DNA of 64,000 nucleotides from an uncultured Planctomycetaceae bacterium (lineage in GTDB: Bacteria > Planctomycetota > Planctomycetia > Isosphaerales > Isosphaeraceae). A program made the translations under genes and the position numbers. Where the stretch lies: NCBI GenBank assembly GCA_963833985.1, contig CAWIAD010000002.1, positions 2,112,001 to 2,176,000 on the forward strand. Reading direction: 5' to 3'. Shown piece by piece: positions 37,089 through 47,998 of the stretch. The notes below the pieces were generated by a model. It did no database searches. It saw only the letters and a list, made by a program, of their open reading frames with translations, and had not been told where the DNA came from. Within the stretch, counting starts at the first letter, position 1, and each line of letters starts with the position of its first letter.

Positions 37089-37295
37089 GGAATGGCACGA
37101 TGAGAATCGTACCCCACGAGAATGGAATGGCACGATTGGAATCGTACCCCACGAGAATGGAAAGGCACGATTGGAATCGTACCCCACGAGAATGGGAAGG
37201 CACGATTGGAATCGTACCCCACGAGAATGGGAAGGCACGATTGGAATCGTACCCCACGAGAATGGGAAGGCACGATTGGAATCGTACCCCACGAG
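37089..37295. repeat. Six tandem 35-bp REP-like palindromic repeats
   Basis: GGCACGATTGGAATCGTACCCCACGAGAATGG(G/A)AA unit at 37094, 37129, 37164, 37199, 37234, 37269. Confidence 0.95.
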
Positions 37296-37472
37296 GAGAG
37301 CGGCCAGGCAGGGCTCTCAGCCCTGGGCAAGCGAACGGCAATCCTGTCCAGAGACTTCTCCGGATCTGCTTGAGGCGCGGCACGCGGATCCGACGCAGGC
37401 CGTTTCTGGCGTGCAGACAAAGCCGGGCGGCTCACGGAGCCACCTCTCGAGTGAAGGCGTTCGACCCGGCGA

Positions 37473-39551
37473 TCAGCCCCGCTCGCCAGTCTGTTGCCGT
37501 TTCTTATCCTTTCGGCGTGCTGTCGTCCGCCCCGGGCGGTAGCCTGTGCTCGGCAGCCCGCGCTCGCCGGCCGGCTCGCCCTTCGCAGGATTTGCCATCG
37601 AGTGATAATGGTCGCCTTCGGCCGTCTCGTTCGCCTGACGCCTTCGTGCCTCGATCGCTGCCCTGGGCGGCTGAGCGGGGATCAGGCAATCGCAGCCGCT
37701 GCCGATCAGGTCCGCTCGGCCCGCCTTGAGCAGGGCGTCCCGCACCAGGAAGTAGTTCTCGGGCTTGAAGAACTGCATGAGCGCGCGCTGCATCTTGCGG
37801 TCCCGCAAGCCTCTGGCGATGTGTACCGGTACCCCGCTGAACGGATCCAGTCCGGTGTAGTACATGCAGGTGGCGATATCGAAGGGAGCGGGGATGAAGT
37901 CTTGCACCTGATCGGGCTTGTATCCGTTCCGTTTCAGGAAGACGGCCAGGTCGATCATGGCGCTCAGGTCGCTGCCGGGATGCGAGGCGATGTAGTAAGG
38001 AACCAGGAACTGCTTCTTGCCTGCCTTGCGGCTCGCCGTCTGAAAGGCTTCGGCAAAGCCGTCGTAATCGGCGGCGTTCGGCTTCTTCATGAGCCGCAGC
38101 ACGTTGCTGTCGGTGTGCTCGGGAGCGACCTTGAGATGGCCGCCGACGTGGTGGCGGGCGAGCTCGTCCATGTACTCGGGCGATTTCTGCGCCAGGTCCA
38201 TGCGGATGCCCGAGGCGACGAGGACCTTGTCGATGCCGGGAACCTGGCGGCTCTCGCGCATCAGCTCCACGAGCGGGCCGTGGTCGGTGCCCAGCAGCTT
38301 GCAGATCGTGGGATGAACGCACGACAGCCGCTTGCACTTCGCCTCCACCTCCGGCCGCGTGCAGCGCATCTCGTACATGTTGGCCGTCGGCCCGCCCAGG
38401 TCGGAGACGACACCCGAGAAGCTCTTGTCGGCCGCCATCGTTCTCAGTTCCGCCAGGACCGACTCTTGCGACCGCGACTGGATGATCCGCCCCTGGTGGG
38501 CCGTGATCGAGCAGAAGGTGCAGCCGCCGAAGCAGCCGCGCATGATCGTCACCGAGTCTTTCACCACCTCGTAGGCCGGGATCTTCCGGCCCTTGTACAG
38601 CGGATGCGGCCTGCGCGTGTAGGGCAGGCCGTAGACCCTGTCCATGTCCTCCTGGCTGATCGGCAAGGCGGGCGGATTGCAGACCACCGCCTGGCGGTCG
38701 TGGAACTGCACGAGCGTTCGCGCGTTCAGCGGGTTGGTCTCCTGGTGGATGACCTTCGTTGCCCGGGCGAACGCCAGCTTGTCGGCCTTGACCTCCTGGA
38801 ACGAAGGCAGCACCAGGGCGTTCAGCGGAGGCGCCTCGCTGGCTCCCAGGGCATAGGCGACGCCGCGCATGTCCCGCAGGTCCTTGACGGTCTCTCCGGC
38901 CTCGAGCCGGCGCGCAATCTCGACAATCTGGTGCTCGCCCATGCCGAAGACCACCAGGTCCGCCTTCGCGTCGAGCAAAATAGAGCGGCGCACCGTGTCG
39001 CTCCAGTAGTCATAATGGGCCAGCCTGCGCAGAGAAGCCTCCACGCCGCCGGCGATGACCGGCACGCCAGGAAAGGCCTCGCGGGCGCGCTGGCAGTAGG
39101 ACAGCGTCGCCCGATCGGGGCGCAGGCCAATTTGCCCGTCGGGGCTGTATGCGTCGTCGTTGCGCACCTTCTTGTTCGCGGTGTAATGGTTGATCATGCT
39201 GTCCATGTTGCCGGCGCTGATGCCGAAGAACAGCCGGGGCCGGCCGAACTGCCGCCAGGGCGCGGCGCTGCGCCAGTCGGGCTGGCTGAGGATCGCAACG
39301 CGAAACCCGGCCGCCTCGAGCACCCGTCCCAGAATGCCCATCGCGAACGCGGGATGATCGACGTAGGCGTCTCCAGTCACGAAGACGACGTCGACCTCGT
39401 TCCAGCCCCGCGCTTCCATCTCCGCACGCGACGCCGGCAAGTGTGGCAGCGTCAGCGGAACAACCGGCAGCACTGGAAGTTGCGTCGGTGCCGCGTTGGG
39501 GTCGCTTGGCCGCGTGGTGGCGCAGGTGGTGTTCGTGAAATCAGGCGTCAT
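37473..39551 (-). CDS. ygiQ: YgiQ-family radical SAM protein
   Basis: [38 protein letters not shown]. Confidence 0.93.
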   Translation of the reverse strand: MTPDFTNTTCATTRPSDPNAAPTQLPVLPVVPLTLPHLPASRAEMEARGWNEVDVVFVTGDAYVDHPAFAMGILGRVLEAAGFRVAILSQPDWRSAAPWRQFGRPRLFFGISAGNMDSMINHYTANKKVRNDDAYSPDGQIGLRPDRATLSYCQRAREAFPGVPVIAGGVEASLRRLAHYDYWSDTVRRSILLDAKADLVVFGMGEHQIVEIARRLEAGETVKDLRDMRGVAYALGASEAPPLNALVLPSFQEVKADKLAFARATKVIHQETNPLNARTLVQFHDRQAVVCNPPALPISQEDMDRVYGLPYTRRPHPLYKGRKIPAYEVVKDSVTIMRGCFGGCTFCSITAHQGRIIQSRSQESVLAELRTMAADKSFSGVVSDLGGPTANMYEMRCTRPEVEAKCKRLSCVHPTICKLLGTDHGPLVELMRESRQVPGIDKVLVASGIRMDLAQKSPEYMDELARHHVGGHLKVAPEHTDSNVLRLMKKPNAADYDGFAEAFQTASRKAGKKQFLVPYYIASHPGSDLSAMIDLAVFLKRNGYKPDQVQDFIPAPFDIATCMYYTGLDPFSGVPVHIARGLRDRKMQRALMQFFKPENYFLVRDALLKAGRADLIGSGCDCLIPAQPPRAAIEARRRQANETAEGDHYHSMANPAKGEPAGERGLPSTGYRPGRTTARRKDKKRQQTGERG

Positions 39552-39608
39552 GCGATTCGTCTGCGATGTTCAAAGGCAACTACAAGAAAGCGTTACGCCA
39601 AGAGTATT

Positions 39609-40148
39609 ATGGCTTTGCAGTCAACCGGGGAACATGTCACTTCAGCGGATTCACCCGTGGATCGATTTTACAGGATCGTCAATTCCATCAGCGCGGTCAT
39701 TCTGATCGTGGGATTGAGCTACGGTGCTCTGGTCGTGGTGATCGGCGTGCGCGATGCGTTCAAGCCTGCGGACTGGGTTGAGCTTCACCTGGAGCATGTC
39801 CCGGAGAGCGTCGATAAGATCTTTGTGGTCGCCAGGCGCCAGGACACGACGTTTCCTCTGGGATGGTACTTTTTCAAGGTGCTGGCCTGGTCAGGGTCGT
39901 CCCACGACGTTGGGGAGATGTGGTACACGAACACAGGCAGGGACCAGAGAAAGGGAGATGTCCGCTGGGCATCCGCCGATTCGTATGGCATCCTGGCACG
40001 CCTGAAGTCGGGCAAGTGGGTGCTGTGGTGGCTCGAGCCGAAGTTCATAGCGGGTCCATCGAACTGGCGCTACCTGTTTGGAGGCGGCGAAACCGTGGTC
40101 ATCCAGACTCTGGGAATCGAGTCGGCGGAGGATGCGCCCGATCGCTGA
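39609..40148 (+). CDS. Hypothetical membrane-anchored protein
   Basis: ATG 39609; TM segment ISAVILIVGLSYGALVVVIGV; divergent from ygiQ. Confidence 0.6.
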   Translation: MALQSTGEHVTSADSPVDRFYRIVNSISAVILIVGLSYGALVVVIGVRDAFKPADWVELHLEHVPESVDKIFVVARRQDTTFPLGWYFFKVLAWSGSSHDVGEMWYTNTGRDQRKGDVRWASADSYGILARLKSGKWVLWWLEPKFIAGPSNWRYLFGGGETVVIQTLGIESAEDAPDR

Positions 40149-40284
40149 TCGACCAGGTTCGGACGCACGATTGACGGTTTTCCCCGGTGGCTAAGCAGGT
40201 TCGCAATAATTCTTTGACAGGCATTCATCGGGTTGATGCGATCCTGGATGACCGGAAGGCCGCTCTTTGTGGGACACGATTCCG

Positions 40285-42278
40285 GTGCGCCGTGGAAAGG
40301 TGTTGGTCTTCAGTGGGTGTAACTCCCACCCGGCAACTGGGTCGCTCCAGCCGGTAGCTATCGGAGCGGCGGTGGAGGAGACGAAACCGTCGGAGCCTTC
40401 GAGACAGATGTGTCGCTTGGCGATGCAGCGAACCGACAGGCCGTAACGCGAGTGAACGTTGAGCAGGCCTCGAAAAGTCCAATGTGGTCGCCGACCTTGC
40501 TGGAATATGGGGAAGGCCGCCGTCGCTGGGGATGAAAGGGAAACGGTTGGAATAGGCCGCCCCACGAGCGATCAGAACCCAGCGGGCCACCGGGGTATTG
40601 ACGACGGCATGTCGGCACACGGAGATCAACACAACACGGGAAACCCCAAGCGGTGAGGGCGCGTGACCCTCAACCGGACGCCCGCGAGGGACCGGCCGGG
40701 CTGCCTGGGGTGGCGGAGAGGCCCGTAGTACCGTCGACGCCGGGTAACTCCGGTCGAGGGAAGGGGCCTTGGTTCAAGGTCAACGCAACAAGCGGCAGAC
40801 AGCCGGGAGATTGGCGTGAGTCTATCACCTCCACTGAAGGTCGGGAAGTTGCAGACGGCGTTGCACACCAAAGCGAAGAACGCGCCCAACTATCGGTTCT
40901 ACGTCCTGTACGACAAGATTTATCGACGTGACGTTCTGGGATTCGCCTACGAACGCTGCCGTGCCAACGGCGGCGCGCCGGGGATCGACGGCCAGAGTTT
41001 CGCCGACATCGAGGCGTCCGGGAAGGAACGATGGCTGGACGAACTGGCGGAACAACTTCGTAAGGAGACGTATCAACCCCAGGCGGTGCGGCGCGTGTAC
41101 ATCCCCAAAGGGGACGGCAAGCAAAGGCCGCTGGGCATTCCTTGCATCAAGGATCGTGTGGTGCAGATGGCTGCGGTGCTGGTCTTGGAGCCGATCTTCG
41201 AGGCCGACCTGGAGCCGGAACAACACGCCTACCGCCCGGAGCGCAGCGCCCTGGACGCCGTCCGCGAAGTCGAACGGCTGCTCAAGACGGGGCACACCGA
41301 GGTGGTGGACGCGGACTTATCTGGATATTTCGATAGCATACCCCATTCCGAGTTAATGAAATCGGCGTCACGGCGCATCAGCGACGGTCGCGTCCTGCGG
41401 CTGATCAAGATGTGGCTGGAAACACCGGTGGAAGAAACCGACGGGAAGGGGCAGCGCCATCGAACGACCCGGAATAAAGACCAGGGGATGGGTACACCGC
41501 AAGGTGCACCGATCTCACCATTGTTGTCAAGCATCTACATGCGACGATTTGTGAAGGGATGGAAGACTGGTGGACACGAGCGGCGTCTGGTCGCGCGAAT
41601 CGTCAACTATGCGGACGACTTCGTCATCTGCTGTCGCGGCACGGCCGAAGAGGCCATGACGGTGATGCGGAAGATGATGTCCAGGCTGAAGTTAACGGTG
41701 AACGAGACCAAGACGCGGCTGTGCCACCTGCCTGAGGAGACGTTCGACTTTCTGGGTTATACCCACGGCCGGAACTACGACCGACGAACGGGCCGATCCT
41801 ACATAGGGTCACGCCCATCGCGGAAGAAGATCATTCGGCTGTGCAGCGAGATCAGTGCGATGACGACGCGCCAGACCACTGGACAGGACGTCGAGATGCA
41901 GATTGGTCGGATCAATCGCAAGTTACGCGGTTGGTCCAACTATTTTCGCATCGGAACGGTGAGCCCAGCCTATCGCCAAGTCAACCACCACGTCCGCTAC
42001 CGGGTACGTCAGTGGTTGTGTGCGAAGTTCAAGGTGCCGGGTCAGGGGCTCAGACGCTACCCTGACAGATACCTGCACCAGGAGTTGCATCTTTACCAGC
42101 TGCAACGAACCTAGCCGCGATGGTTTCGTGAGCGAACGTGTGAACTCAACCGATGAGACAAGCCTTGTCCGAAAGCTGGATGCGGGAAAACCGCCCGTCC
42201 AGTTTGATGAGCGGGGTGTGGAAACGAGGCCCAGCCGAGCCATCGACTCGAGCCCACCGCGCCACACCTCGACTCTAC
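40285..42278 (+). mobile_element. Group II intron copy 2, uninterrupted (1994 bp)
   Basis: GTGCG start; domain V AAAGCTGGATGCGGGAAAACCGCCCGTCCAGTTT; domain VI; AC end. Confidence 0.96.
40816..42114 (+). CDS. ltrA: Group II intron RT/maturase without endonuclease domain
   Basis: RPLGIP, DADLSGYFD, GTPQG, YADDFV, FDFLG, LRGWSNYF. Confidence 0.96.
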   Translation: MSLSPPLKVGKLQTALHTKAKNAPNYRFYVLYDKIYRRDVLGFAYERCRANGGAPGIDGQSFADIEASGKERWLDELAEQLRKETYQPQAVRRVYIPKGDGKQRPLGIPCIKDRVVQMAAVLVLEPIFEADLEPEQHAYRPERSALDAVREVERLLKTGHTEVVDADLSGYFDSIPHSELMKSASRRISDGRVLRLIKMWLETPVEETDGKGQRHRTTRNKDQGMGTPQGAPISPLLSSIYMRRFVKGWKTGGHERRLVARIVNYADDFVICCRGTAEEAMTVMRKMMSRLKLTVNETKTRLCHLPEETFDFLGYTHGRNYDRRTGRSYIGSRPSRKKIIRLCSEISAMTTRQTTGQDVEMQIGRINRKLRGWSNYFRIGTVSPAYRQVNHHVRYRVRQWLCAKFKVPGQGLRRYPDRYLHQELHLYQLQRT

Positions 42279-42513
42279 ATCGTGTCACTTCTTCGAGCTT
42301 GTCGTGGGACACGACACCAATCGTGTCACTTCTTCGATCTGATGGACCAGGAATGGCACGATTGGAATCGTACCCCACGAGAATGGAATGGCACGATTGG
42401 AATCGTACCCCACGAGGAGAGCGGCCAGGCAGGGCTATCAAGTGGGGCCCTCTCCGAGAGCTGGGCGGGCGAAACGACAATTCTCGTCATCACTGGATAT
42501 TGATAATAATCGA

Positions 42514-42768
42514 ATGACCATTCCCGAAACGGATTCGCGAGCCGACACAGGACACCTCGTGGATGAGCAGATTGCCGCCGAGCCGCCACTGGCCGCGCCC
42601 GGCTTGCCCGCCGATGCCCGGCCGCTGCCGATGGAAATTCATCTGGGCAGGCTTCGTCGGCCTCTGGCCGTAGCCGGCGTCGTAGAAAACGGAGTTGTCC
42701 GTCCTCTCGACCCCTCGGTCACGCTCCGGGAACATTCGCGAGTCATCATTATTGCCAGTGAGCCGTGA
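42514..42768 (+). CDS. Hypothetical protein with AF2212/DUF104-like C-terminus
   Basis: GVVENGVVRPLDPSVTLREHSRV. Confidence 0.6.
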   Translation: MTIPETDSRADTGHLVDEQIAAEPPLAAPGLPADARPLPMEIHLGRLRRPLAVAGVVENGVVRPLDPSVTLREHSRVIIIASEP

Positions 42769-42798
42769 CGAGAAGTGAGATCGTTTTACCAACGCATC

Positions 42799-45700
42799 TC
42801 AATCCCAGGATCCTGGACGCCAGGACGCGCCGACGTTCTGGCGGAGGGATTCCTCTCGTCTCGAAGGTGGCCTCAGCAGTGCGTCGATCATCCGCAAGAA
42901 GCCGATGTGCACCGTCCTGGCCTCCGGCCGCGTCTGGAGTGCGCTCAAGTCAGCTTCGACAAGTGCCTCGGCCTGCTTCAGGTCGACCAGTGCCCACGCT
43001 GCCAACCAGTTCTCGCCGGCGATCGAGGCCAGCTCGGCGGGGCTCAGTCCGCTGCGCACTTCGATCTGGCCCAGGATGATTTCGGCCGCGGCCGGATCAA
43101 GCAGGGCCACAAGGGGTGCGGCGATGGTGGCCGAGAGCGTCTGCATGGCCGGGTCGCTGAAACCAGTCTGGCCGTCGGGCCGGGCCGCCATGACTTGCAT
43201 CAGAACCGCATTCATGTCCGGGTAACCGATGCGCCGGGCATTCAGCGCGATCCCGGCCGAGGAGGCCAGAGCGCCGCCGAAATAGACGTAACTGCCGAAT
43301 TCCTGCGGCCTGTCAATCGGCAGTGCCAGGGCGCGGTCGATCAGCTTGCAGGCTCGGCTCCTGTCCCTGGGCGCGATCGCCACCGCGAGCCAGCCCAGAG
43401 CCTCGGCCTGATGTTTGAGGGAACCCTGTCCCTCGGTCATCCCATCGACGATCGTGACTGCCTTGTCGGGCTGCGTGGGTGCAATCGCGTAGGCGACCTC
43501 GGTCTTCAAGGTCTGCGGCAAGCTGGTGCTGGAATCCAGCGAAGCAACGAGCGCCAGGGCGCGGTCGGGAAGAGCGGCAGCGATGCCCTCGACGATGAAC
43601 CCGGTGTAGCGATCCTTGTCGCGACGCTCCTTGATCGGCTCGATCAGCGCGAGGGCTCGCTCCAGGTCGATCGGTGCCAGCGCCCTCGCCACGATGCCTC
43701 GTGCGTAGCCGTCCTGCCCCACAGTGCCCAGCGTGGAGGCGGTCTTCGCTGCATCTTCGATGAGTTTGCGGCCAGCCTCAGGTTTGCCGACCTGAACGAG
43801 CACCGCGCCCGCCCGGGCCTGCTGGTCGCACGACCGGGCACGCAGCGCGGCCTCCTGGGCAAAAAGCCACGCCTTGTCATGGTCGATCGGCAGGAACTCC
43901 CCGGCAAGCTGCTGGAGGTGAAAGCCGGCGTTGTTTCCATCGTCCTGGGCGAGCAGTTTGACGGCCGCGGGAGCGTCGGTCTCAGCCAGGCCCCGCGCTT
44001 TGCCCGTGACGACTGAATCATCGAACCGGTTTCCAAGCTCGGTCGACCACCTCAGGGCGAGCTCCGGATCGATGCTGGCCATGGGCTCGACCAGGGCCCA
44101 AGCCCCGTTCTTTGCGGCGTTCTGGCCGTATTTGTCCCAGAGACGGATCATGATTTGCTTCGCGAACGCTCTCTGCTCCTCGTACGAAACAGCCTCCCTC
44201 GGTTTCCAGCCGTCCGGCGGCTCGTCCTGCTTGAGCAGCTTCACGGTGAGGTCGTCGGCGTCGCCGACCACGGCCATGCCCGTGAAGCGATAACCGTCCT
44301 TGCGGACGAACAGGAACCTCGTCTGGGCGGTCTTGAGCGCGTCGGCGAGGCGGCCGAAGCGATAGCCATCGCGCCGGGCGAAGGCATACCGGGAGCCCGA
44401 GTAAAGCCCGTCCAGCAGGAAGCGGCCGTCGGGACCGGTCTGCGTGCTCACCGGCCTGGGACTGTCACCTCGGTTGAAAACCTGGGCACCGGCGATCGGC
44501 TTGCCATCCGATCCGACCACGCGGCCGGCAACGTGCGCCGAGGTCTCGACGAGCGAGATGGTGCCGAAATCATGGGTCTCCCCTGCTGTTCCCTTGATGT
44601 CGGGTGTCTCGGCCTTCGCGAAGATCCTGGACTCGACCGAGACCTTGTAGCTGTCGCCCGGCCACAGCGCCTGCGAGACGAAACGGCCGTCCGGGTCGGT
44701 CTTGACCATGTCCAGCGCGCTGCCGATGCCCGTCCCTTTCATCGACTTTTCGCTCACGAGCAGCCGCGTCCACCAGATGGTGACCGGCACGTTTGAGACC
44801 GGCTTGCCGCGCTGGTCCACGATACGGCCTTTGACCCGGAATGCGAACTTCGGGTCGATGGTCACGGTGAGCTTGCCCTTGTCTTTCTGCTCGTTCGTCC
44901 GGATCACGATTGCTCCGTCGGTCGCGGCACCGCGCGTGCGCGCCGCACCGGGACGCGATCGTCGGGCTCGAGGTGCTCGAGTCGAAACGAGCCGTCGGGC
45001 TGGGTGATCGCCGGAGACGTGTTGCCCATGAGCCCGTTCGACTCGGGAACGACGATGTGAACCTCGGAGCCGGGAACAGGCTTGCCGGAAGAATCGACAA
45101 CTTCTCCATCCACGGCCACGGCCCGTGCCAGCTTCAGGTCCGGCCATGTCCGATCGTCCTTGACCTCGAAGCGCGGGCACGATTCGGTGGCCATGCCCAT
45201 ATGGCTCCGGGGAGGACTTTCCGGCTGGATGATCACCATGCCGGGCTCGACCGCGACCCTGTAGTGGCCGGAACCGTCGGTCATTGCCTGATTGCCGGAC
45301 ATCAGACTGTTACGCTGGAGCCTGAAAGTGCGCAGGCGGACCGCGACAATTCCCTGCCCGGTCGTCTCGTCGAGGACTCGGCCGGCGACGATCGGCAGCC
45401 GCCGGAGCGGAATCTCCAGCCCTGCCATCGTGGCGCCAGGCGCGATCTCAACGTCCTTGACGGGGTTTACCGAGTAGGGCGTTTCGGGGCTGAACTCCGG
45501 GTAAAGCCTGTATCGGCCGGGAGGCAGCCCGTCCATCCGGAACGTGCCGTCCCGATTCACGGCGATGGTCCTGGAGAGATGAACCTGCTGTGCGGCCGGC
45601 GCGCCGACCTGCCGGGACGGCTCGCGAAGAATGTTGAGCTTGATCATGCCCGTCAGAGGTTGCTTGCCTGGCGGCATGAACCGCCCCTCGATGGACCCCA

Positions 45701-46358
45701 GCCGCCGATCAAGGATCAGCGTCGCCGGCCTGGCCGCAATCCATGAGACGATCGGCGAGCCGAACTCAGGATTGGCGGCACGCACGCTGGCCCGCGCCCC
45801 CCTGGGCATCGCGCGCAGCACGAACCGGCCATCAGGACCAGACCGGGTCGTGTAGAGTTTCGCCGTCTCCGACGGGAGCTGAATCGCGTCGTGCTCCCCG
45901 GGCTTGCCTGGGAACCGATCAAGGGCCACGATCGTGATCTCGATGCCGGCGATTGGCTTGCCCGCCTGGTCGGCGAACTGACCCGCCGCGTCGCCTGTCT
46001 CACCGAGTGTGATGGTCAGGTCCTCGGAGCCGGGTTGATTGCGCCAGACCGTGGATTTCCAGCCGCAACGGCCGTCCTCAGCCCGGGCGAAGACGGCCAG
46101 ATAAGCCAGTTGGTCGTCTCCCATCTGCCATGCCCCAGGAAGGGAGAAGCGACCCTCCCGGTCGGTTCTCGCCTCTGCCAGAACGACGGGTTCCGCCTCG
46201 TTTCGGCCGATCGCGCAGACCTGGACGCCGGGAACGCCCTTGCCCTCCTGGTCAACCACCTGCCCGGCCGGATCACCTGCGCCCAGGCCGAGCATGGTCA
46301 GGGTCAGCAGCAGCACGACGGGGCACCGATCGGCGAAGGCGTCTCTTCCTGGCGGCAT
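42799..46358 (-). CDS. Large secreted protein with carboxypeptidase-regulatory-like repeats (frameshift near 44945)
   Basis: Signal peptide; repeated GxVVDxxGKPVxG and TDxxGRF motifs across ORFs 44904-46358 and 42799-45180. Confidence 0.82.
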
Positions 46359-46394
46359 GACCTGGCTCCTGGACTGGATGGCACGATGGGTTTC

Positions 46395-47429
46395 TCAATG
46401 ATTCCGAGAAAACCATCGGCTTGCAAGCCGGGGCAGGCAGGCCAGAACCGCCATCTGACCGAAGAGTCGGGGATCGGAGCCAAGCGACCTGAAGAGCGCG
46501 AGCGAGGAAAGACTCCCGGCGCGGGCCAGGCAGTTTCGGGCCAGCTCGACGTGGTTGTTGTGAAGGGCGTCCAGCGACCGGTTCAGGAACGCGCGGCTGA
46601 GCCGGCGGCGGGCCAGCCGGTGCTGCCGCGCGAATGCCGGCGACCCATGGTTCTGCGGCCGACGGATGAAGTCCAGGAGCCGGGCAGCCTCCTCTAGGTC
46701 GTCTGTCCCGGTCTTGAAGCGATGCGTCTCGCTGGCCGCATGCCAGCGCACAAGCACCGTGGGCTCCCGCAGCTTCCACGAGACGGCATGGCGGCAGGCC
46801 ACCCGGTACCAGAAGTCCCAGTCAACCACGTAGCGGTATGATGGATCGAACCCGCCAACGGACGCATGTGCGGCCCGGTTGGTGACCACCGCCGAGCAGC
46901 GCAGCGGGTTCTCGCTGATCAGAGATTCCGCGAAGTCGCCCGGGCCGAAGGCCACGTATTCGAGCGCCGGGGGGTGCGGTTCGCAGATCAGATGGCCGCC
47001 GGGGTCGATGACCGATGGCGGAACCGGCCGGGAGTCTTCATCGACGATCCGCACGGGGCCGGCAAGCAGGCCGAAGTCGATGCCATCGCGCCTCGTGAGC
47101 GCGAGCCCCCGCATGACCGACTCCAGATGCCCGGGGAGCATGACGTCGTCCTGATGGAAGATGCTCACCCAGGGAGTCTCGCTCATCGCCATGCAGCGGT
47201 TCCAGTTGCCCGCCAGGCCAAGCCGGCGCTCATTGACGACCAGACGCGCTCGCTCCCCGGCCAGCGCGCCCACCAGGCTCACGGTCTCGTCGTCGGAGCG
47301 ATCGTCGACGACCAGCAGCTCAAATGGCTGGCATTCCTGGCCGAGGATGCTCCGGAGGGTCTCGGCCAGGTGCCGCGCACCGTTGCAGGTGGGGATCGCG
47401 ACGGTCAGCGGCATGAGATCGCGCGGCAA
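46395..47429 (-). CDS. GT2 glycosyltransferase
   Basis: VAIPTCN, VVDDRSDD, FHQDD, DWDFW. Confidence 0.92.
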   Translation of the reverse strand: MPRDLMPLTVAIPTCNGARHLAETLRSILGQECQPFELLVVDDRSDDETVSLVGALAGERARLVVNERRLGLAGNWNRCMAMSETPWVSIFHQDDVMLPGHLESVMRGLALTRRDGIDFGLLAGPVRIVDEDSRPVPPSVIDPGGHLICEPHPPALEYVAFGPGDFAESLISENPLRCSAVVTNRAAHASVGGFDPSYRYVVDWDFWYRVACRHAVSWKLREPTVLVRWHAASETHRFKTGTDDLEEAARLLDFIRRPQNHGSPAFARQHRLARRRLSRAFLNRSLDALHNNHVELARNCLARAGSLSSLALFRSLGSDPRLFGQMAVLACLPRLASRWFSRNH

Positions 47430-47432
47430 GGG

Positions 47433-47756
47433 TCAATCCGTCTCGGTTCCAGCGCGGAGGTGGTCGGCAAGCTGCTGGAGCGTTTCCCACGTGTACAGTC
47501 CGGAGGCGTGGCCATCGCTCCAGGCGGGCTGCACGGCATAGGTGCCAACCATCTCCATGCCCACCAGTTTCAGGTCGGTTGAAAGCGAGTCCACGCGCAG
47601 GATGCGTTCTCCGGTCCACTCGTCGCGGCAGCTTGCGCACGGGCACTCCGAGCGCAGGAACAGGTAAGGGAACCGGTCGATGCGGCCATCGGGCCAGGTG
47701 ATCTCCAGAACCTGTTCGCCTTGCAGGGCCCGGATGTTGCTGGGAGGATCAATCAT
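47433..47756 (-). CDS. DUF971 (GBBH N-terminal-like) protein
   Basis: LRSECPCASC, VGTYAV...WSDGH.SGLY. Confidence 0.9.
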   Translation of the reverse strand: MIDPPSNIRALQGEQVLEITWPDGRIDRFPYLFLRSECPCASCRDEWTGERILRVDSLSTDLKLVGMEMVGTYAVQPAWSDGHASGLYTWETLQQLADHLRAGTETD

Positions 47757-47998
47757 TCTCTGGTCCCGTCTCGGTCAGCGGGAACGTTTTTGACATAGGC
47801 CCTCATGGGATCTGAGACTAACAGAGAGCGGGACTCTCTTGAAAGGTCGTCCGGCGTGCAGGGATCGAGGACGCGACCGGGGCGTTCGCCCCTCACGCTG
47901 GCTTTCGTGCTGGCCCATGCCGTGTCCGGAAAGGACGGCCGGTGATAAACTGGATCGGAAGTCCTCGCTCGCGGCCAGGTCACTGGGGACGTGCTCCC

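Larger units (their letters stand above)
31621..37315. repeat. Composite REP/MITE-like repeat element, copy A (hosts intron 1)
   Basis: Shares a ~90-bp leader (AAGCAGGTTCGCAATAATT...), ACACGAT-N4-ATCGTG palindromes and tail GGAGAGCGGCCAGGCAGGGCT with 40193-42436. Confidence 0.8.
40193..42436. repeat. Composite REP/MITE-like repeat element, copy B (hosts intron 2)
   Basis: Same leader, palindromes and tail as copy A; two 35-bp units. Confidence 0.8.

Noticed and set aside
37089..37295. CRISPR array
   Set aside because: The 35-bp units are near-identical with no unique spacers and no cas operon; REP-like tandem repeat
37494..39600. Long antisense ORFs (37494-40148, also 25959-27527, 28885-30792, 47753-49279, 54269-55945, 62318-63610)
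   Set aside because: High-GC shadow frames of well-supported genes; only the 39609-40148 part was kept
40816..42114. Retron, DGR or defence-associated RT
   Set aside because: Has domain X and is embedded in a complete group II ribozyme
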